NCBI GenBank assembly: GCA_977017575.1
Contig: CDRNVI010000054.1
Coordinates: 248,001 to 312,000 of the forward strand
DNA length: 64,000 nt
Source of the DNA: Paramoeba atlantica
Taxonomy: Eukaryota; Protista; Discosea
Reading direction: 5' to 3'
The notes under the pieces are model-generated. The model was given only the letters and a program-made list of their open reading frames with translations, was not told where the DNA came from and ran no database searches. This document shows, piece after piece, positions 35,901 through 45,900 of the stretch. Numbering within the stretch: position 1 is the first letter of the stretch; each line of letters begins with the position of its first letter. The position numbers were made by a program, and so were the translations under genes.

Positions 35901-36545
35901 CTTCACACCCTACTCCAGTTCACGGGGTCCCCCCCTGTAGGGGTGGACACCGTTACCCACCCCCGGGGGGTACGTAACCTACAGGAGAGGTCCAGTAGTA
36001 GTGGTAGTAGCGCTACGGCTACGACGAGTAGTAACGCTACGAGTAAGAGTAGTAGTAGTACGACTACTACTGCTACTACGACTACTCGAACAGGGGTACC
36101 GCTGTATTCCGCTGAACGACTCGCGGGTTCCATCCAACAGCTCCTTAAACGGGTCCCGCTGCCCCCTGTGTTTATGACCACCGTGTCCCTGGCGGTACGG
36201 CTGCACCCCGGGCCGCTGGTCCCGTGGTGTAGCGCCCAGGTGATACCGGAGTTGGTGGCCAGGGGGGTGTGGGAGAGGAGAGGGGGAGGGGAGGGGGGAG
36301 AGGGACAACAACAACTACAACAAGAGGCACAACAACAAGTATGGCGGGATACGGTAAGCTATTGGGAGGAACATTTTCCCAAGACTGTTGGGGATTTGGT
36401 GACACTCCCGCAGAGGGCAGCGAGGAGGGTGTCGGAGGAGAGTCCGGCACTGGTAAGGAAGGTGATGGAGTGGGTGGGGTCGGATGAGGGGAGGAGTGCG
36501 GAGAGGGGGGTTGTGGACAGTTTGTGTGCACTGTTTCATTTGTAG
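32946..36545 (+). CDS. SYMPK: Symplekin/Pta1 (3'-end processing scaffold)
   Basis: C-terminal motifs YLLPLLP, FSPEELLLLLH, YSAERLAGSIQQLLKRVPLPPVFMTTV..A...HP.L..W...IPELV.RGVW match the symplekin C-terminal domain; HEAT-like N-terminus. Confidence 0.75.
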   Translation: MNVTTLRDLIPILRKRESRAHGLRILQEFQKHIQREGGKSLEPWKSQSSETDKFVLLVLNDVCDLLDSASQDELLTLSTFLHALISLFSKNMGLQAMMLLSFALREFVSSDETSILILGVKCFSLTYCTLFRVLLHNSSLSSFAQPVWTEFQNLHQEVSRLMSTTNSREIQMACIEYCVTLLQSLLECDQTSPQVSCENLKYTFCVYPPVASANMQTPAFELRHNVLSAESYAETYEDLLYGIWLLILRQGQAQQVISAALDAFRLLYVTRPMTRRFVTYVTLHLERILHDASNDQQLPGLNFITTSEAWKSLMQQCNRDKDELMAAKHLIDEFYLCLHAGQTNNVAHKYIELLPFHTLVNDSLKKLYLKMSEKTSHGQVELKEMKAIIHQPAPSSLSDVPLGQRLDFLPATKGRADELAHTQMATSAARHQVSHLLTEEMLQGYTELRGAEEQERAGALFSRMLLHCGEPFTSLLLDKLFGRLHDAFSLYWGLAVQILYTLYGAQCPILDVRNVPVEAQFIVDEGIEVVENDAEHSLPGESIKQEPFSDGHGEPTQSGASYSQYHTGGLSFLYETQQPTLHDLFLVRFMWCSLEISTSSATPKLPETYGSSLLSSVLLCSPAITPFAWKFFHQHICEALSPSSAASESAGVAKDRNIALLRLRTASGLRALYELMRHRGPYRLKSLQLLLHYAMSEIEPLRIGAVKLLARHVWNDPVLGSLSPLNNGDENCPTRCSLASMIVNHAKQSFRNLLSPMPEMSMGMENSEEKAVKDKLRGKIACFCALLFELCKGDTSYLAEIFEVGGELHTRGAALVEETFLDLPELAQLFAVYASETGWYTFLLLAPESSSRLIQRVVDIMATALRNTFRKEKQSTETPPRTVVPASLPISLLVAICTQLHTRHHHDIHYLLPLLPFLPPSLLRSTYLPQLPPLATSHPSAFSRALRDLLLPVAETSRPVFSPEELLLLLHTPEVIPPAGSLTTALHTLLQFTGSPPVGVDTVTHPRGVRNLQERSSSSGSSATATTSSNATSKSSSSTTTTATTTTRTGVPLYSAERLAGSIQQLLKRVPLPPVFMTTVSLAVRLHPGPLVPWCSAQVIPELVARGVWERRGGGEGGEGQQQLQQEAQQQVWRDTVSYWEEHFPKTVGDLVTLPQRAARRVSEESPALVRKVMEWVGSDEGRSAERGVVDSLCALFHL

Positions 36546-36629
36546 CGGGGAGGGGAGGGATGGAGGTTAAAGAGCCGCGGTCGAAGAAGAGTGCTGTGGT
36601 CGAAATTCCACATTGGGCCTTCGAAACTA

Positions 36630-37100
36630 TCATATCTTTGTGGCCTTGAGATTTGGAAGTTTGCATACAACACGTACGACCTTGTTGGGAAATAATGGAT
36701 GTTCGAGAGCTTCGCTTGAATTTCCACAGTCTGCCTTCCAGGCTATAAAGTTCTTGTGGTCTCTTGGCGTTTCGAGGCTTGTGATGAGATATTTAACTTC
36801 TCTCGCGTCGGCGTTCTTCATTTTGCTCTGTGCATTATATTTTTAGTCGTGTTCGGCAACATACTTTGCTGCGGACAGATAATCAGTCTGCATTCTCCTT
36901 GTAACTGAAAAGCGCTGACTCTTTATAACGCTGGTTGGTTCTTTTTTTTCTAACCTTATGCCGCAACAAAGAGCAGTTGAATAGGAGAGTACTGCATGCG
37001 CGATTGCCCCCACTACGGACGGATCCAAACGACGGATAACTTGTTTCTTCGGGAGAATTTTTGTGTCTCCTTTTTTGTTATTTGTTCCATCAATGTGCAT
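36630..37100 (-). pseudogene. Antisense ORF of unknown origin with one in-frame TAA
   Basis: ORFs 36843-37100 and 36630-36821 are in the same frame, joined through EHD*KYNAQSKMKN; no family recognised. Confidence 0.3.
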
Positions 37101-37119
37101 GTAGGATTTTTATTTTTTA

Positions 37120-37213
37120 GGCTCTGCGTTAAAAGCGGTGGTTGTTTTCAACATAGAAGGCACCACTGCTGCGTGCTGCGCGTTGAAAACTACCTCCGCG
37201 TTTAACGAAGAGC
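37120..37213. repeat. 95-bp palindromic element, solo copy H5 (94 bp)
   Basis: GGCTCTGCGTTAAAAGCGGTGGTTGTTTTCAAC...GTTGAAAACTACCTCCGCGTTTAACGAAGAGC, TA-flanked. Confidence 0.85.
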
Positions 37214-37327
37214 TAAGAAGAGAAAAGTTAACAAAAATTGAATATCTGATGTAATGTGTTGTTTCTATTCTTGACGCGCCACAAACTATTCGGATTATTT
37301 ACAATATCCATACTGTAGGATACAAAT

Positions 37328-40138
37328 ATGTGCCCCAACATAGAGTCCGACTCTCGCGTTCCGGATGGAGAGTACCAGCTAATCCTTCAAAGACTTCTGC
37401 AAGAGAATCAGCGGATTGGAACCTATCAATTTCTACAGAACACAACAATCGGGCGATCTTCGCTGCGTACTTTACTCAGTGTTGCCGAGGGCTCATTCTC
37501 TTCTGTAGCAAATTTACTCCTATTACGACGCCCGAATCTTTTTGTCGTTCGCGACTTATTTAATCGCTATCCCGATTTAAATGCCTCTGCCCTTCGTCAA
37601 CTTCGCGAGTATCGGTTTCTTTTGCCGGTGAACGCGGCAACTTATGAGGCCGGAGAAGTACGATTTTCGCATGTAGAAAATATTTGGGATGAACTTTTGA
37701 CGAGTCCTGGGGAGGCGAGGCGAGCGAAACGTCGAAAACGTTCGTTTGAGGTTCTAGATCACTGTGTAGATATTTTGACCGTCGATCAGCTGAAAATTGT
37801 GATTTCCCGGTTAGAAACAAAAATATCCGTAAATAAAGCGCCGCATTCGGGTGTTTCATCTAAACAGAAACTACAGGAATGCCTAAGGACAATGGTAACC
37901 GAGGCGAGGAGACGACGCCTCATGAAGCTTTTCTTGGAAATTTCAACCGAAGATGAACAGTACGAAGGTGAAAGCTGTCGAACGTTTTGGTACATCCCAC
38001 CTCCTGTCAAGGCGGCGTACATTCTCTGTTGTGAAGCGATCTATCTCTGTGTGAACAAGTGTACTCAAGTGGCACACATCCGTCCTTGGGGGTCACGAAA
38101 ATCTCACGACAGAGCTAATTTATTCCTTCACGAGGCACTGGGAGGGTTACATCAGCGTGCGTATCACGTGACATCGTTGTTAGAAGAGGAAGGGAACCCG
38201 CGTTTTGTCTCAAAGGACTATGCATCGCAAGACTCGCCAGGAAAGTCGATACCTGAAATCTTAGTAGAGCAACAAGTGACGTACTCGCAGACATCCATAC
38301 TCGAAGATCGTGACAGTTATTCACAAGTTCCGAACGAAATACAGACCTTTACGTCTCACAACACTCCAACACGTACTCCAGAAAGGATGTACACTCCAAA
38401 CAAAGATACCGGAGCGATGCACTCATTGGACTCATCCGTACATGAAATTCTGAACAGCGAGGTATGGAGCACTGCAGAGCATTTTGTGAAGGCCGTGCGT
38501 GCTCTGCGAGAGGGTTGGGAGGCGGAAGGTATCCTATTGTCACGGCGAAGAGAACTGCTAAGTTCGGAGTGGCTACAGCAGAAAATATCGTTCATCAAAG
38601 AGCATACGACGCTGTATCCCGATCCTCTGTCCCCCCAGGCTTCCTCAAGAAATCCTACGGAAACTCTACCCCTGCGTGATGAAATTTTACGCCCCCTACA
38701 ACCCCCTTACCTCGCCCTGCAACTCGCCCTCTCCGTTGCGCAGTGCGCCGAACTCGTCAAGGACCACCCCACCGCCGCCACCCTCTGGTCCACTCTCCTC
38801 GCCCATCCCCACTTCCGCCCCCTTCGCCGCGGTTTCTTCCTCCACCGCCTCATGCTCTCCCTCTCCAAACAAGGAAAGCCCCAATCCGCCCTCTCCCTCC
38901 TCACCACCCACCTCCAACGTTACCCCCTCACCCCCCCTCCCCAACCTTACGACCGTTACGAACGCCACACCGGGATTCACTGTCCCGGACTCTTCCCTCA
39001 ACCCTCGAACTCCGCCCCCCCCCTCCCCCTCCCCCTCCGTCTCCGTGATCTCCTCGCGCTCCACCGCACCGCCCGCTCCCTCTCCCGCCCCCCCCACGCC
39101 TGGGGCTCCTCTTCCTCCTCTTCGTCTCTTTCTTCTTTATCTTCTCTGTCTTCTCCCTCCCCCCTTACCCTTCTCTCCACCCTCATGCAACACCCCCCCC
39201 TCCGTGCGGCCCCGCGGGTCGCCCTCTCCGCCCGTCGCAGCCACGCCTTCCCCCCCCGACGTCTGTGGCTCCCTGCCACGATGACCACCGAGCCCCCCGA
39301 CGTCTCCCCCCACGCCCTCTCCTCCGTGGAACATCTCGTGCTGTGCCACCAGTTACGAAGGAGAGGGCCCCCGTGGCACGGGTCCCACTGCGAGGGGGGG
39401 ATCCTCCAGGCCCTGTTCGCGGTGGTGTTCCGCCCGGTGGCACGCGCGGGGGAGGGGCGGGGGGAGGGGGGGCTGGCTCGGATGGGGAGTGCGTGCTTCC
39501 CGTGTGGGGTGGGGGAGACCCCGGTGGAGTACGGCACGGAGCTGTTTGTGCGGCTACGGAAGAACCGGATACGGAGGATGCTGGGGAGGTTGGAGAGGGT
39601 TTCCCCGAGCCAGGTGGAGCGGTATGTGGTGTGGTTGTGTGGGGGAAGGGGGAGGGGGGTGGGGGGGAGAGACGAGCACGGGGGGAGGGGGGTGAGCCCG
39701 AAGGTGCTTTCGAGGGTTGCGGCAGCGCTGGTGGCGACGGGGAGTTTGGTGCCGATTTTTCGGCATATTCTTGCGGAGTTCTCGTTTGGTGGGCTTCCGG
39801 ATGTGTGGCTGTGGACGCAAGGGGAGGGGGTGGCTCCGGGGCTGCATTGTGTGGAGGTGAAGGCTCCGAATGACAGTTTAAGTGACAGCCAGCGGGCGTG
39901 GCACCATGTCTTGTTAAGTGCTGGAGTTTCGGTAGAGGTGTGTCATGTGAAGCAGGTACAACGAACCGGCGCACGTGCAAATGCGACGGAAGTTGTCGAT
40001 GATACAGAGATTGTGCTTGAGGAGGACGAAACAATCATACGACAAACCCAGGAAGGGTCGGTACCAGTCGAACTTGAGATTGCGGCGTCGGGAGGAGAAT
40101 TAGGGCAGGCACGCCCCGAAGTGCTTTTCTGTGATTGA
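37328..40138 (+). CDS. FAN1: Fanconi-associated nuclease 1 (VRR-NUC)
   Basis: SAP-like LTVDQLKIV...SKQKLQECL; HCEGGILQALF; catalytic GLPDVWLW...EVKAPNDSLSDSQRAW...GVSVEVCHV. Confidence 0.9.
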   Translation: MCPNIESDSRVPDGEYQLILQRLLQENQRIGTYQFLQNTTIGRSSLRTLLSVAEGSFSSVANLLLLRRPNLFVVRDLFNRYPDLNASALRQLREYRFLLPVNAATYEAGEVRFSHVENIWDELLTSPGEARRAKRRKRSFEVLDHCVDILTVDQLKIVISRLETKISVNKAPHSGVSSKQKLQECLRTMVTEARRRRLMKLFLEISTEDEQYEGESCRTFWYIPPPVKAAYILCCEAIYLCVNKCTQVAHIRPWGSRKSHDRANLFLHEALGGLHQRAYHVTSLLEEEGNPRFVSKDYASQDSPGKSIPEILVEQQVTYSQTSILEDRDSYSQVPNEIQTFTSHNTPTRTPERMYTPNKDTGAMHSLDSSVHEILNSEVWSTAEHFVKAVRALREGWEAEGILLSRRRELLSSEWLQQKISFIKEHTTLYPDPLSPQASSRNPTETLPLRDEILRPLQPPYLALQLALSVAQCAELVKDHPTAATLWSTLLAHPHFRPLRRGFFLHRLMLSLSKQGKPQSALSLLTTHLQRYPLTPPPQPYDRYERHTGIHCPGLFPQPSNSAPPLPLPLRLRDLLALHRTARSLSRPPHAWGSSSSSSSLSSLSSLSSPSPLTLLSTLMQHPPLRAAPRVALSARRSHAFPPRRLWLPATMTTEPPDVSPHALSSVEHLVLCHQLRRRGPPWHGSHCEGGILQALFAVVFRPVARAGEGRGEGGLARMGSACFPCGVGETPVEYGTELFVRLRKNRIRRMLGRLERVSPSQVERYVVWLCGGRGRGVGGRDEHGGRGVSPKVLSRVAAALVATGSLVPIFRHILAEFSFGGLPDVWLWTQGEGVAPGLHCVEVKAPNDSLSDSQRAWHHVLLSAGVSVEVCHVKQVQRTGARANATEVVDDTEIVLEEDETIIRQTQEGSVPVELEIAASGGELGQARPEVLFCD

Positions 40139-40307
40139 CTCGTTAGCTAAAATGCATTTGTGTTCATTAGTTCTATGCCTGAAGTGTCAGGGTCGTTTCT
40201 TTTTTCTTGAACTTGGTGAACAATTTCTTATCCTTTGAAGGTAGGATTCTGTCTGGAAGAGGTGTGTCGCGTAATCCCCTATTTTCTTTATAGTACCTTG
40301 TTCCTAT

Positions 40308-41255
40308 TTGTTTCTCATGGACGCAGCAATCGGGTACTTCTCGTCTCTAACGCAAATTTTATGTCTACAATGTGTAGATGACGGGTCAGACCTTCGCCGC
40401 GGAAAAGTTTTTTCAAGTGGCCTTCCGCAAGAAGAACTATTGCGAAGATTCGCTGAACCGCTTGACTACAAACACCCATCATGGCGCTTGATAAAGAAGA
40501 ACTGGTTTCGGCGAGAGGTCGCTGTATCCGTTTGTACGTGGATGGGCATTGCATGTAACGACGAGAGGCGTGTTATCGCCCTAGACTGGTCAAAATTTGT
40601 GCTTCGTCTAAAGAAAGTCTACCTAGAAGGTGACGAAGGGACTGTCACAAAGCGCAAGGATCTCCCACTGAGCTTAGAAGGAGAACTCGACTGGAGGTAT
40701 TTGCCTCCCTCACTCGCTCGCATTACAGTGACACATCACCTGGGTATCCATGGCAATGTAACTTGGGACGCCCTTCCACCTGCTCTTCGCACTCTCCGTA
40801 TTTACCGTAATCGACTGGGAGGCACGGTAGAGCTTAACGTTCTCCCCCAAACACTCCTCGAGCTCGACGCCTCGCGTAACCACTTTATAGGCCCCGTAGA
40901 CTTGGAGCACCTTCCGCAGTACATGAGACTCGTCAACTTGGCACATAACCAACTTGAAGGTGAACTTCATTTTCGTAATATTCCTCTCTCGATAAAAGAA
41001 TTGAACTTGGGTTGGAATCGGTTTAGTGGAAAAATAATTTTTCCTGCTTTACACGAGGAACACTTGAAAGGTGGGTTGAGGCTAGATGTTCGAAAAAATG
41101 AATTAGAAGGCTATTCCGCAGAGGAATCGGCCCCACGAGATCTGTTATACCTCCCACAAGACAAAGAAATCGACTGTTCCGATGATTCCACTGACCTAAG
41201 CGAGTGGTGGGAGTATGATGTTGATGGAAATGTCATACGTCACTATCTCATGTAG
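40308..41255 (+). CDS. Leucine-rich repeat protein (family member 4); first ATG at 40317
   Basis: GLPQEELL, VCTWMGIAC cap, LRRs such as LPQTLLELDASRNHFIG. Confidence 0.8.
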   Translation: MFLMDAAIGYFSSLTQILCLQCVDDGSDLRRGKVFSSGLPQEELLRRFAEPLDYKHPSWRLIKKNWFRREVAVSVCTWMGIACNDERRVIALDWSKFVLRLKKVYLEGDEGTVTKRKDLPLSLEGELDWRYLPPSLARITVTHHLGIHGNVTWDALPPALRTLRIYRNRLGGTVELNVLPQTLLELDASRNHFIGPVDLEHLPQYMRLVNLAHNQLEGELHFRNIPLSIKELNLGWNRFSGKIIFPALHEEHLKGGLRLDVRKNELEGYSAEESAPRDLLYLPQDKEIDCSDDSTDLSEWWEYDVDGNVIRHYLM

Positions 41256-41517
41256 GTGAAAATGTTCCTGATAAGGCAATCAGATGATAAGTAATTAATG
41301 TTTTTGAATTCCAAGCTTTCTCATTCTACGCTATGTTCTCACGTTCAACTTTTCACTTGTTATTGCCTCTCTTATCAAATATTTTCTGAGCGACTTCTTA
41401 GAGGAATACATGTATGTTTCAGGAATATGCGGGCTGAAGATTCTTAATTTTTCTACTGTACTTTGATATAGCTTGATATAGCTTGTTAGCAGGGGTCCGA
41501 ATAACTATAAAACTTTA

Positions 41518-42423
41518 TTGCGGTGGTTGTAAAACTACCGCTCTACACTCGATTATTGAAAAAAAAGTGAACAAAAACAGTGAAAATATAAAGAGGAACA
41601 CAGTAATATAATAGAAGAAAAAAATATAAAAGGGGGCTCCGGTGGTCCAAAACAGAAAAAAAATTTTGAAAAAAATGGGGGGTCCATGGGGGGGGTCCAT
41701 GGGGGGGGTCCAGGGGGGGGGTCCAGGGGGGGGGGGCATGGTCGAGCAAATTTTTTCGAAAAAATTAGTTTTCGAAAAAAAACCGCAGAAAGGGTAGCCG
41801 GGGTCTTGGCGCGCATTTTCCACCCCCCTACCCGGGGGTGACCCCCCCGCGTATCCGCATGACGGGTCCGCCAAGTTCGGATTTTTTCTGAAAAAAAATT
41901 TTGAAAAAAAATTCAACTTGGCGAAAAAAATGACAAAAAAAATATTTTTCCAAAATCGTTTCCCCTATTGCATTTTGATAGTTTGAGACCTACACTAGCT
42001 TTCTCCGCAGTTGTTTTCGCAAGGTATCACTTCTTCGAACCGTGGTGCGCCCCTCACAATGACCCAATTTTGACTAAAAAAGGTGAAAAAGTATTTTTCG
42101 GACCTAAAGGGGCATTTTTGTGTCGAAAGAATGGTATGGTTGGAGTCGCATTCTCTACCCAATACGTTCGGTAGGCTTTCATTCATGCCTGCGAGTGAGT
42201 TCCCACGCGCAAATGTCGGATTTAGTGCTCTGAGAGCAAAAATATGCGAAAATGACCCCATTTGTACCCGAAATTCGGCTATTTTTGGCTATAATCTTTC
42301 CGTTTTCCAGGCTAAATTTTCTTTTTTAGGCTCTTCGTTAAACGCGGCGGTAGTTTTCAACGCGAAGCGCGCAGCATGAGTGACTTCTAAGTTGAAAACA
42401 ACCACCGCGTTTAACGAAGAGCC
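41518..42423 (-). mobile_element. Inverted near-copy of 25704-26598, ending in hairpin H6 (42329-42423)
   Basis: Long reverse-complement identity; the track ORFs 25748-26044 and 42083-42379 translate almost identically; TA at both ends. Confidence 0.85.
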
Positions 42424-43306
42424 TAAAAAAGAAATTATAGGTACTTTAAGGTAACTATATATTTATTTTTCCCTACCTTTGTCTACCTATATTTTTTTGT
42501 CAATGATTTGCACTGGAATCGTAGAAATTTCGTAGAAATTTTTCAATGCCTAGTCGCTCGGATTGATACAGAAAGTCGAGCTAAATTCGTCCAGTCTTAT
42601 TAGTAAAAACCTTGGGGGAGGGGGGGCACTTGATGAATATTCATCGAACGGACAGTGCGTTCGATGAATATTCATCGAACAGGACATTCTGTTCGATGAA
42701 CGGATTGCAGTACGACCCGTTCGATGAATCATTCATCGAACAGGATGCCATGTTCGATGAATAAAAACGCAATTTCTTTTGTAAAAAAAGCTCGACGAAC
42801 GGAGCTAGGTTTTTTATTGTAAGCGAGACTGAATTACCGTTGGAAAAGGTTATAGCCCTTGCGCGCAGTAATAGGGATCGTGAGGACACGTACAGAAACA
42901 GCATCTTTATGCCTTGAAGGATTAAACCTTGCTTACATGGTATTCTTGCGCCCAAAACAATTTTTTTTTATTTTTTCTTGTTTTTTTTATCCAGTCAGGT
43001 TGAGCCCTGAGTCCCAGCAAAATAAGTAATACACAAAAAAAAAAGACTGCGTATGAACAAATATTATAAAAAGCGTCATCCCTCGTAGTCTGATGCGCAA
43101 CTATCGGAACTGAGTTCCTCAAATTCTTCGGGAATGGGAAAACCGTAGTTGTCTTTAATACACTTCATTATATTCACAAAGCGACTCTGCCAAGACTGCT
43201 CGCGGCCATTATGGGTATCCCCATACTTTACACACTGGAGCGCGACGTTTCGTTGCAACTCCAACGTTGTTGCCCCAAAATTATAGTGTTGGAGTCTTAC
43301 CCAATA

Positions 43307-44642
43307 CTGTGACCCCCCCCTTTAATATGCACCCCCCCCTTACCCCCCTTTAATATGCACAAAATTGAGGCTGAAGAAAATTTGTGTCGTGGGACCCCCC
43401 CTTTAATATGCACAAAATTGAAGCTGAAGAAAGTTCGTGTGGTGGGACCGATTTGATTTTTTCTTTTTTTATTCTGTTTGGAAAGTCACTTAGGCTACCA
43501 ACTTCCAACATTAAGTTACTCAATACTGTAGACTTTTTAGCTTTCTCTATCTGCTCTTTCTGTTTCTCTTCGTCAACACATGCCGCACACGGACGGTGTA
43601 CCGACAACCGTGCATATGATAAAAGGTCCGCTGTCGAGTTGGGCTCGGTCAGCGCCACCCTCCCCCCAGGTAGGGGAACGGGCACCTGTTCTACAAACGA
43701 ATGCACCTCCAACGGTAAACGAAAAAAAGCGGCAGCGAGTTGAACTCACAATTTACGACAAACGCGAGATTTGTCGATCCCAGGATTCGGTGAAGGCTAT
43801 TCGAGAAAAGTACGGGATATCTCAGAGAACAGTGTACGACATCCGTGCGACTGGGATATTGAATTATCAAAAATTAATAAATCGAGATATGGGGAACCAG
43901 TATCGTAACAGAGGGTTTAACACCAAAGGAGGTGATTACAACGACCCGGAGTCTGTCACGTACAATAAGGCAGAGGCAATGTGTGAAGTTCATAGTGCTT
44001 GTGAAAAGGCATCTTCCTTGTGGTGTCCCTTGACCAAATCCATTGTAATCGATCTAATACGCCAAAACACGAAGTTGACTTCGGTTTCAGCATTGAAAGA
44101 CACATATGCACGCTTTCGGAAGCATTATGGGTGGGTTTGGAGAAGGTGGGGAAGGATACAGTGCCTGTCTCCGGCAGACGTGGAACATAGGATATCACAG
44201 TGGGCGCAAAAATTTTACCTTCCGAATGCTGTTCGGAAATATCGTTTTGCTTTTTTCGGGGACGAAACGGCGATGTTCGTAAACGGTGAGATACAAGGAT
44301 ATACGCTAGCACAGATCGGATGCCCGCAACCGAAGGTGGTCAACACAAATTCCTGTGGTTTTTACTCGGTGTCGTGTAAGTCCTCGGAGTGCTTCTCCAG
44401 GCATATTCTACTATGGGCGTTCAACAATCGAAATAATATTATAGTATCCTATGAATCAGTTACATTAGTAACTACTATCCCCCCCTATTTAATAGGACTC
44501 CGATTTTGGGCAAAAGGCCCTAATAAAAGGGGGGGCACATGGAAAATAATATGAAAGAAAAAAATCGGCGCCGCTTCATTATGCGGCCTTTATTATGCAC
44601 AAACTCCAAAAACGTGTGCATATTAAAGGGGGGGGGTCACAG
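43307..44642 (+). mobile_element. pogo/Tigger-like element (1336 bp) with truncated transposase ORF 43580-44554
   Basis: TIRs CTGTGACCCCCCCC(C)TTTAATATGCAC, TA TSD (43305-06 and 44643-44); CENP-B-type HTH (LTIYDKREIC...KYGISQRTVYDI), YARFRKHYG, FFGDET. Confidence 0.88.
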
Positions 44643-45569
44643 TACTTAATGGTGTTGTGGACACTCCCAGCACCATTAGTATGATACCCGTTCTCGTTCA
44701 CAAACTCCTTACTATGATTCACGGAGTAGTGACGACAAACTTTGTCCAAACCATTGTAAGCCCCCAACGAGACTCCGTGACAGTTGCGAACCACCATCCC
44801 CTTTTCCGCTGTCTACGGTCCCGATTATACTTCCGTTTCCCGATGAAGGTCTCATCGACCTGCACTCGACTGAATTCATAATGAGACATGGTTTCGTTAC
44901 GGAGCGCTGCATCCGCAAGAGTGTGCAAGAGATCCTGAACCACCTTGCGATCAAGTCCACGATTACGCGTTATCTGACCCGTGCACATGTTGTTCGCAAT
45001 GTCTGTCCATACGAGCACGACTTGCCCGGGAGTAAGTTGCGTACGGGGAGAAATAAATGGTGACCACTTACAAACTTTCAATCGGCAACGGTTCACCTTG
45101 CCGGGTTCTCGATGCCCACACATACTTAGATTTGGTTTCCCTGGAACGTCGGACATAAAGTGCATCCCGTGCGAAGGACAAATAGGTGGGAAAAACAAAT
45201 CATGATTCCGCATCCAGTCTTCTGCACCAGTCCTTGTTGCATCCGTCCTTGTGGAATATCTGTAATACTCCGCCAATGAGAAACACAGGTAAAAGCGGGA
45301 CAGGAACAGGTCGTCTGCGCAAAATAGAGAAATCGAGTTGTTCTTGTTGGGGAGGAGGTAATTCACGCAGCCCAGTAGGCGGCCGCTCGTAAGTAGCAGT
45401 TTCCAGGAGAGCCATAAATCGGGCGAACATTCGCTCGTTTCGGTCTGCATCATGCTCCTGGCTGCTACCTTGATCCATAAGACACAAAGAAATCCGAAAA
45501 GTTATCAAAAAGCAGAAGGATTCTTAAAACTCTTGCTTCATAAGTTTACAAATATAAAATCATAACCTA

Positions 45570-45900
45570 CAAATACACAATCCTGCGGAAGTGGCAGACA
45601 CAGGTCCTCAGTGCGCGACCCGTGCGCTGGAGCGCGCGGGTCGCCAAAAAATACAATTATATCCCAGGGCTACGCTCACAGTTGGGTCTTGCCTCCAGAC
45701 ACGTAAACTAGGTGTCGCAGTATAGGAAAACAAATACACAATCCTGCGGAAGTGGCAGACACAGGTCCTCAGTGCGCGGGTCGCCAAAAATTATAATTAT
45801 GTCCCAGGGCTACGCTCACATTTGGGCCTTGCTCGCAAACGGGGGCCTTGCTTGCCTACTTGGGCTTCGCTCACAGTTGGGCCTTGCCTCCCGACATGTA
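45570..45900 (+). repeat. Tandem copies of a roughly 140-bp GC-hairpin unit, third copy at 27914-28054
   Basis: CAATCCTGCGGAAG...CAGGT(C/T)CTC.GTGCGCG...CCCAGGGCTACGCTCACA shared by all three copies. Confidence 0.75.

Noticed and set aside
25748-42379. Near-identical 98-aa ORFs at 25748-26044 and 42083-42379 (and related short ORFs in the same repeat)
   Set aside because: Similarity is explained by the DNA repeat; non-ATG starts, overlap with the hairpin and no protein motifs.
42630-42761. CRISPR-like look of regularly spaced palindromic repeats
   Set aside because: Linkers are only about 10-19 nt, repeats alternate in orientation, there are no cas genes, and the array maps to a transposon terminus in a eukaryotic context.
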